Source of the DNA: a bacterium
GTDB lineage: Bacteria; Patescibacteriota; Microgenomatia; Daviesbacterales; UBA10151
Assembly: GCA_021790255.1 (NCBI GenBank)
Contig: JAJYIE010000004.1
Location: 1 to 53,876 of the forward strand
Direction of reading: 5' to 3'
Length of the DNA: 53,876 nucleotides
Shown here: one piece after another, positions 7,397 to 15,910 of the stretch
How the letters are laid out: the number at the start of each line of letters is the position of its first letter
Numbering within the stretch: position 1 is the stretch's first letter
Made by a program: the position numbers and the translations under genes
The notes under the pieces: model-generated
Databases searched by the model: none
What the model saw: only the letters and a program-made list of their open reading frames with translations
What the model was told of the DNA's origin: nothing

Positions 7397-9814
7397 CTAA
7401 TCTCTGCTTTTTTGCTCTTGCTCATACACAGACAGTGTTGTCTTAATAACTGAGTCGGGGTTTAAAGACATGCTTTCTATTCCCGCTTTTACCAGAAACT
7501 GGGCAAAGTCCGGATAATCAGAAGGCGCTTGACCACATATGCCGATATATTTCCCTTTTGCTTTGCATTTTTTGATCACTTCCGAAATTAGTGTTTTGAC
7601 TGCCTCGTCTTCTTCATTACTAATCCCGCGGATCCGCTCATTACCGTCCCGGTCAATACCTAAAGTCAGCTGAGTTAAGTCATTTGAGCCGATACTCATC
7701 CCGTCATAAACTTCCAAAAACTCATCGGCTAAAATAACATTGGCGGGGATTTCACACATCACATATATATGAAAATCATCTTCCCTCTTCAGGCCGTTTT
7801 TCTCAATCAGGTCAACCACTTTCCGGCCTTCTTCCACAGTCCGGCAAAACGGCACCATCACCACGACATTTTTAAGCCCCATTTCGTCACGGACTTTTTT
7901 CATTGCTTTAAGTTCCAAAACAAAAGCCTCGGCAAATTCCGGATGATAATAACGGGAAGCGCCCCGCCAACCAATCATTGGATTTTCTTCTTTCGGTTCG
8001 TAGATATCACCGCCGATTAAAGTCTTGTATTCATTAGTTTTAAAATCCGAAAAGCGGACGATAACTTTTTTGGGATAAAAAGCGGCACCGATTTTAGCAA
8101 TTCCGTAAGCCAGTTTATCCACATAAAATTGTACCTTATCCGGATAACCGAAAGTCCGCTCGTCAACCTGCTTTTTAACCGCCTGCGGTAAAGTCTTATA
8201 GTTTATTAAGGCATTGGGGTGAATACCGATATCCGAGGCGATAATAAACTCTTCCCGAGCCAACCCCACACCGCTGCTGGGCAGAAAAGACTTCTCAAAA
8301 GCTGTTTCCGGAGTTGCGATATTGATCATGATTTTAGTTTTCGGCTTGGGAAACTTTTCGATATCGTGTTCTTCAATTTTAAACTTCAGCAGGCCTTCAT
8401 ATACAATGCCGTCGCTGCCGGTAGTATCAACGGTTATTTTATCGCCGGTGGAAATTTTCTCAGTTGCCTCCTCTGAGCCGACAATACAGGGAATGCCCAG
8501 CTCACGTGAAACGATGGCGGCATGAGAAGTCCTTCCGCCCTTATCAGTGACGATGGCCGCGGCAATTTTCATAATCGGCTCCCAGTCCGGGTCAGTCATC
8601 TCCGTAACCAAAATCTCCCCGGCTTTAAAGGTTTTAATTTCAGACGGATCCATGATTACCCGAGCTACACCATTGGCAATTTTGCTGCCGACAGATGCCC
8701 CCCGGACAATTTCCCTGCCCGACTGCTGCAAAACATATTCATGAATCTTGGAAAAATCCCGCCCGGCCTGAACAGTTTCCGGGCGAGCTTGGACCATATA
8801 AAGTTCTCCGCTTTTACCATCCTTGGCCCACTCCGTATCCATTGGTGTCCACTTACCGTTTTTCTCGCTGTAATGGCTTTCAATTTCCACCCCCCAGGAA
8901 GCAAGTTTCAATATTTCATCATCTGATAAAACAAAAGTTTCTCGTTCTTTCTCGGAAGTAGAGACAATTTTGGTGGGGGTTTTATCAGAGTAAACCATTT
9001 TCTGGTTTTTTACTCCCAGTTTCTTGCTAATAATCGGCCGGAAATTTTCAACTCCCAAATTCTTTTTAAAAACCAAGAACTCATCCGGGGTAACCTCACC
9101 CTGCACTATCATCTCCCCCAACCCCCATGAACCGTTAATGATTACCACATCGCGAAAACCTGTTTCCGTATCCAAGGTAAACATAACCCCTGAGCAGCCC
9201 AGATCAGAACGAACCATTTTTTGAACTCCCACAGAAAGGGCAACTTCAAAATGGTCAAAACCCTTATCTACCCGGTAAGAGATTGCCCGGTCGGTAAACA
9301 GTGAAGCCATGGCTTTTTTGACCGCTTTTAAAATCTCTCTGCTGCCGCGGATATTAAGATATGTTTCCATCTCTCCGGCGAATGATGCTCCGGGCAAATC
9401 CTCCGCGGTGGCCGAAGAACGGACAGCAAAATCCGCCCCCTGCCTATATTTTTTCTCTGCCTTTTTGTGTGCTTCTGTAATTGCCTTCTCCAGTTCAAAC
9501 GGGAATTTTGTTTCGGATATTTTCTGGCGGACTAGCCTACCTTTTCTGGCTAAATCATCAAGGTTGCGGGTATTAAGCCCGTCAAGAATTTTCCTAATTT
9601 CTTCTGCCAAACCCGTTTTATCCAGGAAATAGCGGTAAGCGGAAGCGGTTATAACATAGCCTGAGGGTATATTTACACCTTTAGGGGAAAGTTTCTGGAT
9701 CATCTCCCCCAGAGAAGCATTTTTTCCACCCACTTCGCCCACATCATCAATTCCGACTTCTTCAAAATGGCGGATAAACGAATCTACCACGGTGGGGAAA
9801 GGATCATACTGCAT
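7397..9814 (-). CDS. ppsA: Phosphoenolpyruvate synthase (pyruvate, water dikinase)
   Basis: VGGKNASLGEM, AVRSSATAEDLP, GGRTSHAAIVSRELG, SIGSNDLTQ, GICGQAPSD. Confidence 0.97.
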   Translation of the reverse strand: MQYDPFPTVVDSFIRHFEEVGIDDVGEVGGKNASLGEMIQKLSPKGVNIPSGYVITASAYRYFLDKTGLAEEIRKILDGLNTRNLDDLARKGRLVRQKISETKFPFELEKAITEAHKKAEKKYRQGADFAVRSSATAEDLPGASFAGEMETYLNIRGSREILKAVKKAMASLFTDRAISYRVDKGFDHFEVALSVGVQKMVRSDLGCSGVMFTLDTETGFRDVVIINGSWGLGEMIVQGEVTPDEFLVFKKNLGVENFRPIISKKLGVKNQKMVYSDKTPTKIVSTSEKERETFVLSDDEILKLASWGVEIESHYSEKNGKWTPMDTEWAKDGKSGELYMVQARPETVQAGRDFSKIHEYVLQQSGREIVRGASVGSKIANGVARVIMDPSEIKTFKAGEILVTEMTDPDWEPIMKIAAAIVTDKGGRTSHAAIVSRELGIPCIVGSEEATEKISTGDKITVDTTGSDGIVYEGLLKFKIEEHDIEKFPKPKTKIMINIATPETAFEKSFLPSSGVGLAREEFIIASDIGIHPNALINYKTLPQAVKKQVDERTFGYPDKVQFYVDKLAYGIAKIGAAFYPKKVIVRFSDFKTNEYKTLIGGDIYEPKEENPMIGWRGASRYYHPEFAEAFVLELKAMKKVRDEMGLKNVVVMVPFCRTVEEGRKVVDLIEKNGLKREDDFHIYVMCEIPANVILADEFLEVYDGMSIGSNDLTQLTLGIDRDGNERIRGISNEEDEAVKTLISEVIKKCKAKGKYIGICGQAPSDYPDFAQFLVKAGIESMSLNPDSVIKTTLSVYEQEQKSRD

Positions 9815-10049
9815 ATATTGATAGTAACATCTTCGGACAACTTAGGGAAGTGATCGTCAAAAAATCTTTTGGCTTACCTTATCCTCACCATTTCTTTACC
9901 CTCTTCCTATACTCCGAAGTGTAAACTTGCCTCATCAAATTAAGAGCAAGCCAGCTGGCAAATTAAATTTGGTGCTTCTTCCGGCAGGCAAACTGCTTCC
10001 ACCCACCATCTGTCGGCAAGCCAACTCACAAAATCCGCGCCCCCCCGCA

Positions 10050-10458
10050 GAGGAATAAAAAGAGCTTAACCATCTGGTGGAAAAATCCCATCGTGTCTTA
10101 TTTAAAATTTCCACCTCTTTTCCCTTTAACCTTTTTCCCGACAAAATCGTCATTGGCGAGAATAAGGTAAACATGATTGCGGCTGAGTTTATCGCCTCCG
10201 TCCAAACCCACAGCATCCTGATTGAGGATGTCCAGGATATATTTGTCAGCAACGGATTATTTTTTGCCAATCTGAAGGTAACTAACCAAAAATCCCCCAA
10301 TAACAGCATTAATTTAAAATATTTAAGGAAGGATAAGGCGGAAGCTGCCCACCGCCAAGAAAACAGACCTGCTGAAAATTCCCATTGACGAGTTGGTAGA
10401 CAAACTAATTGAACTGGGCAGTGAAGATGATATCACGACGGAGCAATTTGAAAGCTGA
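10050..10458 (+). pseudogene. Degraded CPR-type hypothetical gene
   Basis: In-frame TAA at 10056 just upstream of KELNHLVEK. After about 10355 a protein-like tail (KKTDLLKIPIDELVDKLIELGS) continues in another frame. Family resemblance is from memory and unverified. Confidence 0.5.
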
Positions 10459-10479
10459 CAAACCGGTATAATAATATCA

Positions 10480-10749
10480 GTGAAAGCGCATTTAAACATT
10501 CAGGTTATGGGTCGGGTCCAGGGAGTTTTCTTTCGGGCCAGCGCCCAACATGAGGCCGGCAAAATGAATATCACAGGATTTGTGAAAAACCGCCCTGACG
10601 GTTCGGTTTACATTGAGGCTGAGGGTAAAAAGAAAGATCTAAGTGAATTTACTGCCTGGTGTCAAAAAGGCACACCGATGGCGGAAATTGTCAGGGTGGA
10701 AATTACTGAAGATAAATTAAAGAACTTTAAAGCCTTCACAGTAAAATAG
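10480..10749 (+). CDS. acyP: Acylphosphatase
   Basis: GRVQGVFFR and GFVKNRPDGSV motifs, 89 aa. Confidence 0.93.
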   Translation: MKAHLNIQVMGRVQGVFFRASAQHEAGKMNITGFVKNRPDGSVYIEAEGKKKDLSEFTAWCQKGTPMAEIVRVEITEDKLKNFKAFTVK

Positions 10750-10800
10750 CTTTCCTCCAAAGCCAACAATTCATGGCATTTTGCACCCAAGGTCATTTCG

Positions 10801-10818
10801 ATCCGCCAACTGGCGGAG
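10801..10818. repeat. Short REP-like palindrome ATCCGCCA-AC-TGGCGGAG
   Basis: 7-bp perfect inverted repeat in intergenic DNA. Confidence 0.55.
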
Positions 10819-10973
10819 AGAAATATAGCGTTAGCGCAAAGGACAACGTTCCCCTGGGGCTCTCACCTTCGGTTCGAGATGACACAGGAGTGGGTCATTA
10901 AAATAATAGCTGTCGTTACAACATTTGCCTTTTTGCTTAAGACATGAGAAAGTAAGTACATGAGGGGGGAAGC

Positions 10974-11630
10974 TTGACCCGACAGGCAGGTTTTACGCCG
11001 GTAGCAATTATTCTCAGTGTTTTGATCTTGGCTGCCTTGGGCAGCGTGGCATACTACTTTTCTCAACATCAATCAGTCCCTGCTGCACAGCCAAAAATTA
11101 CCGTATCCCCGACTCCGCAACCGACATCTGACACAGCCGCTAATTGGAAAACGTATACAAATATAGAATATAGCTATTCCATTCATTACCCACCTGACCA
11201 AGCCGTGCAAGAAATAGAAGACGTAAATTCTGATATAAGATATTCCCAGTGTGTTGAGGTAGGACGAGTAATTACAAATGATCCTGCCTTTTATGCTCCG
11301 CAATTATATATTGAAGCTATAACTTCGCCCGTAGAAGGATCTTGTTATGGAAACGATATCTACACCGCTTACGGAAAATATGAAGAATGGAGAAAGAAAT
11401 TAGATGCGATGAAGATTGGTGATGTAATAACACCAGTCAAAAATGAAGTCATTACACGCAAGAAAGATATTAATATTAACAGAAACACTGCAGAAGTTTT
11501 TGAGTTGACCACGTCTAAATGGATCGAAAGAATGATCACAGTAAACCACAACCAGATATTGTATGTCATTGGTGGATATAACCCGGATAAAAAATTTGAT
11601 CAAATCCTTTTCACCTTTAAGTTTCTCTGA
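10974..11630 (+). CDS. Membrane-anchored exported protein (prepilin-like GF leader, P/T linker, PsbP-like domain)
   Basis: AGFTPVAIIL + TM segment; WKTYTNIEYSYSIHYP motif; start codon uncertain. Confidence 0.65.
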   Translation: MTRQAGFTPVAIILSVLILAALGSVAYYFSQHQSVPAAQPKITVSPTPQPTSDTAANWKTYTNIEYSYSIHYPPDQAVQEIEDVNSDIRYSQCVEVGRVITNDPAFYAPQLYIEAITSPVEGSCYGNDIYTAYGKYEEWRKKLDAMKIGDVITPVKNEVITRKKDININRNTAEVFELTTSKWIERMITVNHNQILYVIGGYNPDKKFDQILFTFKFL

Positions 11631-11649
11631 TGCTTCGTCTTTAGTATAA

Positions 11650-12273
11650 TTGTCATTTGTGAACCGGGATATTATTCAAAAAATTAAAAGCGGCGGGGTG
11701 GGGGTTTTGCCGACTGATACCATTTACGGTCTGGCGGGCCAGGCACTTTCCCCGCAGGCCGTGGAAAAAGCATACGATTTAAAAGGCCGGACGCCCGATA
11801 AGCCTTTTATTATTTTAATTGCCGGCATAGAAGATCTGGCGTTATTTGATATCAAACTGGACCCAAAAACCAAGGCATTTTTGAAAAAAACCTGGCCCAA
11901 CCCGGTCAGTGTCATCCTCTCCTGCCCGGGAGAAAAATTTGCCTATTTGCACCGGGGTACAAAAAGTCTAGCTTTCCGGGTTCCCAAGGATAAAAACCTA
12001 AGGCAGTTACTCACCCAAACCGGTCCGCTGTTTGCCTCCAGCGCTAACCTACAAGACCACTTTCCCGCTCAAACCATCGCAGAAGCAAAAAGATATTTCG
12101 GTAAGCAGGCGGATTTTTATATCGACCGGGGCAAACTCTCTTCCCCACCCTCAACCCTGATTAAAATTGAAAATCAAAAAATAAAAATACTGCGGCCGGG
12201 TAGTTTTCCCGTTAATATCTGGGTACTCCAGGAAACGGACGAAGGAAAAAATAATAAACCAGTCCGTAAATAA
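11650..12273 (+). CDS. tsaC: L-threonylcarbamoyladenylate synthase (Sua5/YrdC/TsaC family)
   Basis: PTDTIYGL, LKGR...KP, SSAN, PSTL motifs. Confidence 0.9.
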   Translation: MSFVNRDIIQKIKSGGVGVLPTDTIYGLAGQALSPQAVEKAYDLKGRTPDKPFIILIAGIEDLALFDIKLDPKTKAFLKKTWPNPVSVILSCPGEKFAYLHRGTKSLAFRVPKDKNLRQLLTQTGPLFASSANLQDHFPAQTIAEAKRYFGKQADFYIDRGKLSSPPSTLIKIENQKIKILRPGSFPVNIWVLQETDEGKNNKPVRK

Positions 12274-12373
12274 TCACTGCTAAAATCAGATAAATGACAA
12301 CCCATTGCCAAGTTGGCCTTTTTTGGCCATACACGGAAGCAGGTTTTTGATCCGGCTGGTCTTCACCATCCAT
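12212..12373 (-). CDS. Small single-TM membrane protein (53 aa), below the ORF-track cut-off
   Basis: Hand translation MDGEDQPDQKPASVYGQKRPTWQWVVIYLILAVIIYGLVYYFFLRPFPGVPRY. Confidence 0.65.
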   Translation of the reverse strand: MDGEDQPDQKPASVYGQKRPTWQWVVIYLILAVIIYGLVYYFFLRPFPGVPRY

Positions 12374-12475
12374 GGGCAAATTCTACTTCACAAAATAATC
12401 ACCTGCAGTAATCACCATTACAAAACCAGGGTTATTTACCTGTACCGGCAGCTGCGTTAGAATGAAGAAAAGTTT

Positions 12476-13126
12476 ATGGACAAAACCAGCCAGCTGCAAA
12501 AACTTAAAGCGGAGATGGAAGCTGATCAAGGCTTACCGCTTCGTCACCAAGCCACTCAACTGGTCTTCGGAGAAGGCAATCCGGACGCGCAATTTTACTT
12601 TTTAGGGGAAGCGCCGGGATATTGGGAAGATCAAAAAGGGCGTCCTTTTGTCGGTCAAGCCGGACAGCTTTTAGATAAAACCCTGGAGGAAATCGGCCTA
12701 AAAAGATCCGACGTGTATATCTCCAATGTCGTTCGCTTCCGTCCACCCGGCAACCGCGATCCACTGCCGGAAGAGTTGGAGGCGTTTGCCCCTTACATCA
12801 ACCGAGAGATTGAGATCATTGATCCGAAAATCATCGTCACTTTGGGCCGCTTTTCCATGGGCAAATTTATCCCTGACCAAAAAATCTCCCGTATCCACGG
12901 CCGGGTCTTTCAGGTGGAGTGGAAAGATAAAAAGGTCACAGTGGTACCAATGTACCATCCGGCAGCAGCTTTGAGAGCCGGGGAAGTATTAAAGCAGTTT
13001 CAGGAAGATTTTAAAAAGCTCCCCAAAATTTTACAAGGCCCTCAGGAAGAAGAGAAAAAAAGCGATGACAGCAGCGGAGGCGGCAGTGATAACTCCAACC
13101 AGCCCACTCAGCTTAGTTTAATTTAA
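12476..13126 (+). CDS. Uracil-DNA glycosylase, family 4
   Basis: GEAPG, GRPFVGQAG, YISNVVRFRPP, TLGRFS, YHPAAAL. Confidence 0.93.
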   Translation: MDKTSQLQKLKAEMEADQGLPLRHQATQLVFGEGNPDAQFYFLGEAPGYWEDQKGRPFVGQAGQLLDKTLEEIGLKRSDVYISNVVRFRPPGNRDPLPEELEAFAPYINREIEIIDPKIIVTLGRFSMGKFIPDQKISRIHGRVFQVEWKDKKVTVVPMYHPAAALRAGEVLKQFQEDFKKLPKILQGPQEEEKKSDDSSGGGSDNSNQPTQLSLI

Positions 13127-13440
13127 TGACTCCACCAGCCGGCGATGAGATCTGTCCAAAGAAGCGTCACCGGTATGGTTTGAGTATCGCCCACATTAAC
13201 ATATAGTTCCAACATCAGTTGCCCAAGCCGCTTTTTTATCACCCCGCCACAGGCGTAAACTACCCGCCTTATTTCCGGGTGTAATTCTTCAATCATTGGT
13301 GTGCCGTCATCATTTAAAAAATCATCCGGAGTCAAAATCGGATTCGAGTCGATCTCAACATCATATTTACCAGCCGAAAATTTGCCGTTGCTCTGAAATA
13401 ATTTAGCCCGGCCAAGTGAATAGACAAATTTCTCCCCCAT
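13123..13440 (-). pseudogene. C-terminal fragment of a beta-propeller glycosidase/phosphorylase (GH130-like)
   Basis: NPILTP and VVYACGGVI...LYVNVGDT resemble the GH130 C-terminus; only 105 aa; lies downstream of the GT4 remnant. Confidence 0.4.
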
Positions 13441-13481
13441 TTTTTAAATACCGTGGATAATCATCAGCGCTTCCCGCTCAT

Positions 13482-14530
13482 TTACCCAAAAAGGTGGTAT
13501 AGCTGTTCCAATCCTCCAGGATGCTCACTCAATTCCTTGGGGAAAATTAATCTCAGATAAAGCCACAGCCTTTTGTCCGTCAAAGGGCTTTTAGAAAGTC
13601 GTGTTATTACACTAGCAATTTCTCTACTGCCGCCAAAAGGTACTAAAACTCGCCGGTCCCCCGCAAGCATCTCTTTGGCATAAATGTAAGTCGTAGAAAC
13701 ACAAACCTTATCAGCCCCGATGGCATAAGCCGGCGCTCCCGAAGTAATTTGCTCGGGGTCAATATAAGGTGTAACGGAGAAATCCGTTACTTCTATAAAG
13801 GTCACCAGCTCTTCCACACTGACATATCTGTCAGTAAAACTTACATTGCTTTCTACGCCTAAGTTGTTTGCCAGCATTTTCAGGTTTCCCATCTGACTCA
13901 AGTAATCAGGATGTGTTTCCCTAATAACCTGATAGATAAAATTCGGCACTTTTTTACCATCTCCGGCAAACTCTTAATGGCATGTTCAATCCCCTTGTGA
14001 TGTGAAAGCAAATTAATGCTGGTCATAACTACCTTGCCGGAAAGATTTAGTTTGGCCTTAGCTTTTTGGGTGTTAAAGATAGAAAAATTCGGTATACCGT
14101 GAGGGATAACCACTACATCATCCAGAGGTACCCCGTAATTTTGCTGCAGATTCTTGGCCGTTTCTTCCAGCATTACCGCCACAAAAGATGACCTTTTACA
14201 AAGTGCCCGGATAATCCTGATATTTTTAGCATTAGGTTTTGTGGTAACTGTATGCAGGGTAGTAATAATCGGCCTCTTAACTTCCCGAAGAAGCTTTAAA
14301 GCAAAATCCCCGTATTTTCCTCCGTAAATGCCGTATTCATGCTGCAGGTAGACCATATCAATATCAGGACTTCTGTTAATCAGGTTAGCCGCCTTCCTGT
14401 AGTCACCCCATACTCCCTGTCTGATCTTGGCCACAACTTCTTCGGGATATTCAAGATCCAGGGTAAAAGTAGCTATCCCGCACTTTCTCGGTACATATGT
14501 AGCAATAAAAGCGATCCTTTGGTTGGGAGC
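13482..14530 (-). pseudogene. Glycosyltransferase family 4, disrupted
   Basis: RIAFIATYVPRKCGIATFT, QHEYGIYGG, TTLHTV, VIPHG, QITSG motifs; frameshift at the T-run 13950-13955; no in-frame ATG; apparent internal deletions. Confidence 0.75.
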
Positions 14531-14715
14531 AGGACGCCGCAGTGACAGCTCAGAAATTGTCCTAAGATATGCACACCTACTTATTTAAGATTTCACTTTT
14601 CCGGGGTTAACGAGAGAAGCCGGGAGCAGGTTACAAGTAAAGACACTAATAAAGTATAGTTTTTTCGGGAAGAATTCGGCAAAATAAGTGTAATAAATCA
14701 GCAAGAATCATCCAG

Positions 14716-14943
14716 CTATTTTGCAGCAGAACGGGCCTTCTCATGCAGGGCGGAAAATGATGTCAGCTGGACTGGTGCAGTCCAAAAATTTATTGCAGAG
14801 GGCGGATTAGTCCTGCTGGCGGCACCGGTCAGGCTAACCTGCTGCCGGGCCATCTCACTGACTGCGGATCCGGCAAAGGACGCCGCATAGATCGTTATCA
14901 CCACAATTGATACCGCCAGAATAACCAGCAAACTTTTTTTCAT
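14716..14943 (-). CDS. Small hypothetical exported protein
   Basis: MKKSLLVILAVSIVV signal-like N-terminus, 75 aa. Confidence 0.4.
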   Translation of the reverse strand: MKKSLLVILAVSIVVITIYAASFAGSAVSEMARQQVSLTGAASRTNPPSAINFWTAPVQLTSFSALHEKARSAAK

Positions 14944-15016
14944 CAGGGTTTTCTCAAATAATAGCCGGAATTTATTAAAAAACAGTAATGAAAAGGTAAA
15001 ATATTTTAAAGTCCAC

Positions 15017-15044
15017 AAAAATACCCCGCCAAGGCGGGGTATTT
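15017..15044 (-). terminator. Rho-independent terminator
   Basis: AAATACCCCGCC-AA-GGCGGGGTATTT inverted repeat with a U-tract on the minus strand. Confidence 0.8.
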
Positions 15045-15066
15045 CATTAAGGTCTGCAGATCTTAA

Positions 15067-15093
15067 TTACTTCTTTTTTTTCTTTTTCGGCAT
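15067..15093 (-). CDS. Micro-ORF MPKKKKKK
   Basis: ATG CCG AAA AAG AAA AAA AAG AAG TAA, preceded by GGGGGGTGA SD and followed by a terminator. Confidence 0.5.
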   Translation of the reverse strand: MPKKKKKK

Positions 15094-15175
15094 AGAGCCT
15101 CACCCCCCTCACAAAGGCATTTCGCCCTCTATTTAAGGCTTAACAAAACTGCCTCTCTTTGTCAAGTAACCAGTC

Positions 15176-15457
15176 TCAACTGACAAATCTTTTGGTAGTT
15201 TGCACCTGGCCTTCCGCAGCCAGAAGCAGCTTTCCCAGCTCCTCAACAAACCTCTTAGCGTGCTCACGGCTCATCCCCAGGCGGCTGACAATTCTCACCT
15301 GGTTAGTCGGCCCTACCCGCTGCATTACGTCAAAGACAACGCCAAAGTCATTCGTTGTCATCGAGATACTGTCAGTGTAAAGAATTGGTGTGCTGTCTAA
15401 GTTAACACTCACCTGCATACCCTCTGCCGGTGTAACCTCATCTTTCTTGCTGTTCAT
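15176..15457 (-). CDS. DUF3467-like small protein
   Basis: PILYTDSISM...VVFDV...RIVSRLGMSREHAKRF pattern; GGGGGTGA SD. Confidence 0.65.
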   Translation of the reverse strand: MNSKKDEVTPAEGMQVSVNLDSTPILYTDSISMTTNDFGVVFDVMQRVGPTNQVRIVSRLGMSREHAKRFVEELGKLLLAAEGQVQTTKRFVS

Positions 15458-15550
15458 ATTTCACCCCCTTTTTTGAGCGCTTAAATTGTAACAGAAAGCT
15501 GCCCCAGGGTAACAGTTGTAAGTTTTTTAAAATTGCGATACTCTTAAATT

Positions 15551-15910
15551 ATGGTCTACCGGATTGTGGGAGTAATTAATTTAGTTTTTGCCCTGCCGCA
15601 GACAGTTATCCCTCTGCTGCTATTTTTAATCACAGTTCCTGAGTTTGATAAGATTTACCATCAGTCTTTCGGAGTCAGTTCTGTCAGTTTAATGGTCAGT
15701 TATCTGGCTGCAACTTTGCTGCTTTTTATGGGGGCAGCCAACGCCTTCTTTGGGGTAAAGCTTTTTTCCCATTCCAAAACAGTTGAACATCGCTATTTTA
15801 AATATGCTCTAGTTTCTATTGTGCTGACACTGTTATTGGTAGGCTGGCTTATGGGAATTATGCTGGTTTCTTTGATAATACCAATTTACCACTTATCCAC
15901 ATTAAAATGA
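15551..15910 (+). CDS. Hypothetical membrane protein (3 TM)
   Basis: Hydrophobic segments, 119 aa. Confidence 0.6.
   Translation: MVYRIVGVINLVFALPQTVIPLLLFLITVPEFDKIYHQSFGVSSVSLMVSYLAATLLLFMGAANAFFGVKLFSHSKTVEHRYFKYALVSIVLTLLLVGWLMGIMLVSLIIPIYHLSTLK

Noticed and set aside
10944-10976. Upstream in-frame ATG (MRK*) for the prepilin-like gene
   Set aside because: Blocked by TAA at codon 4; the true start cannot be resolved.
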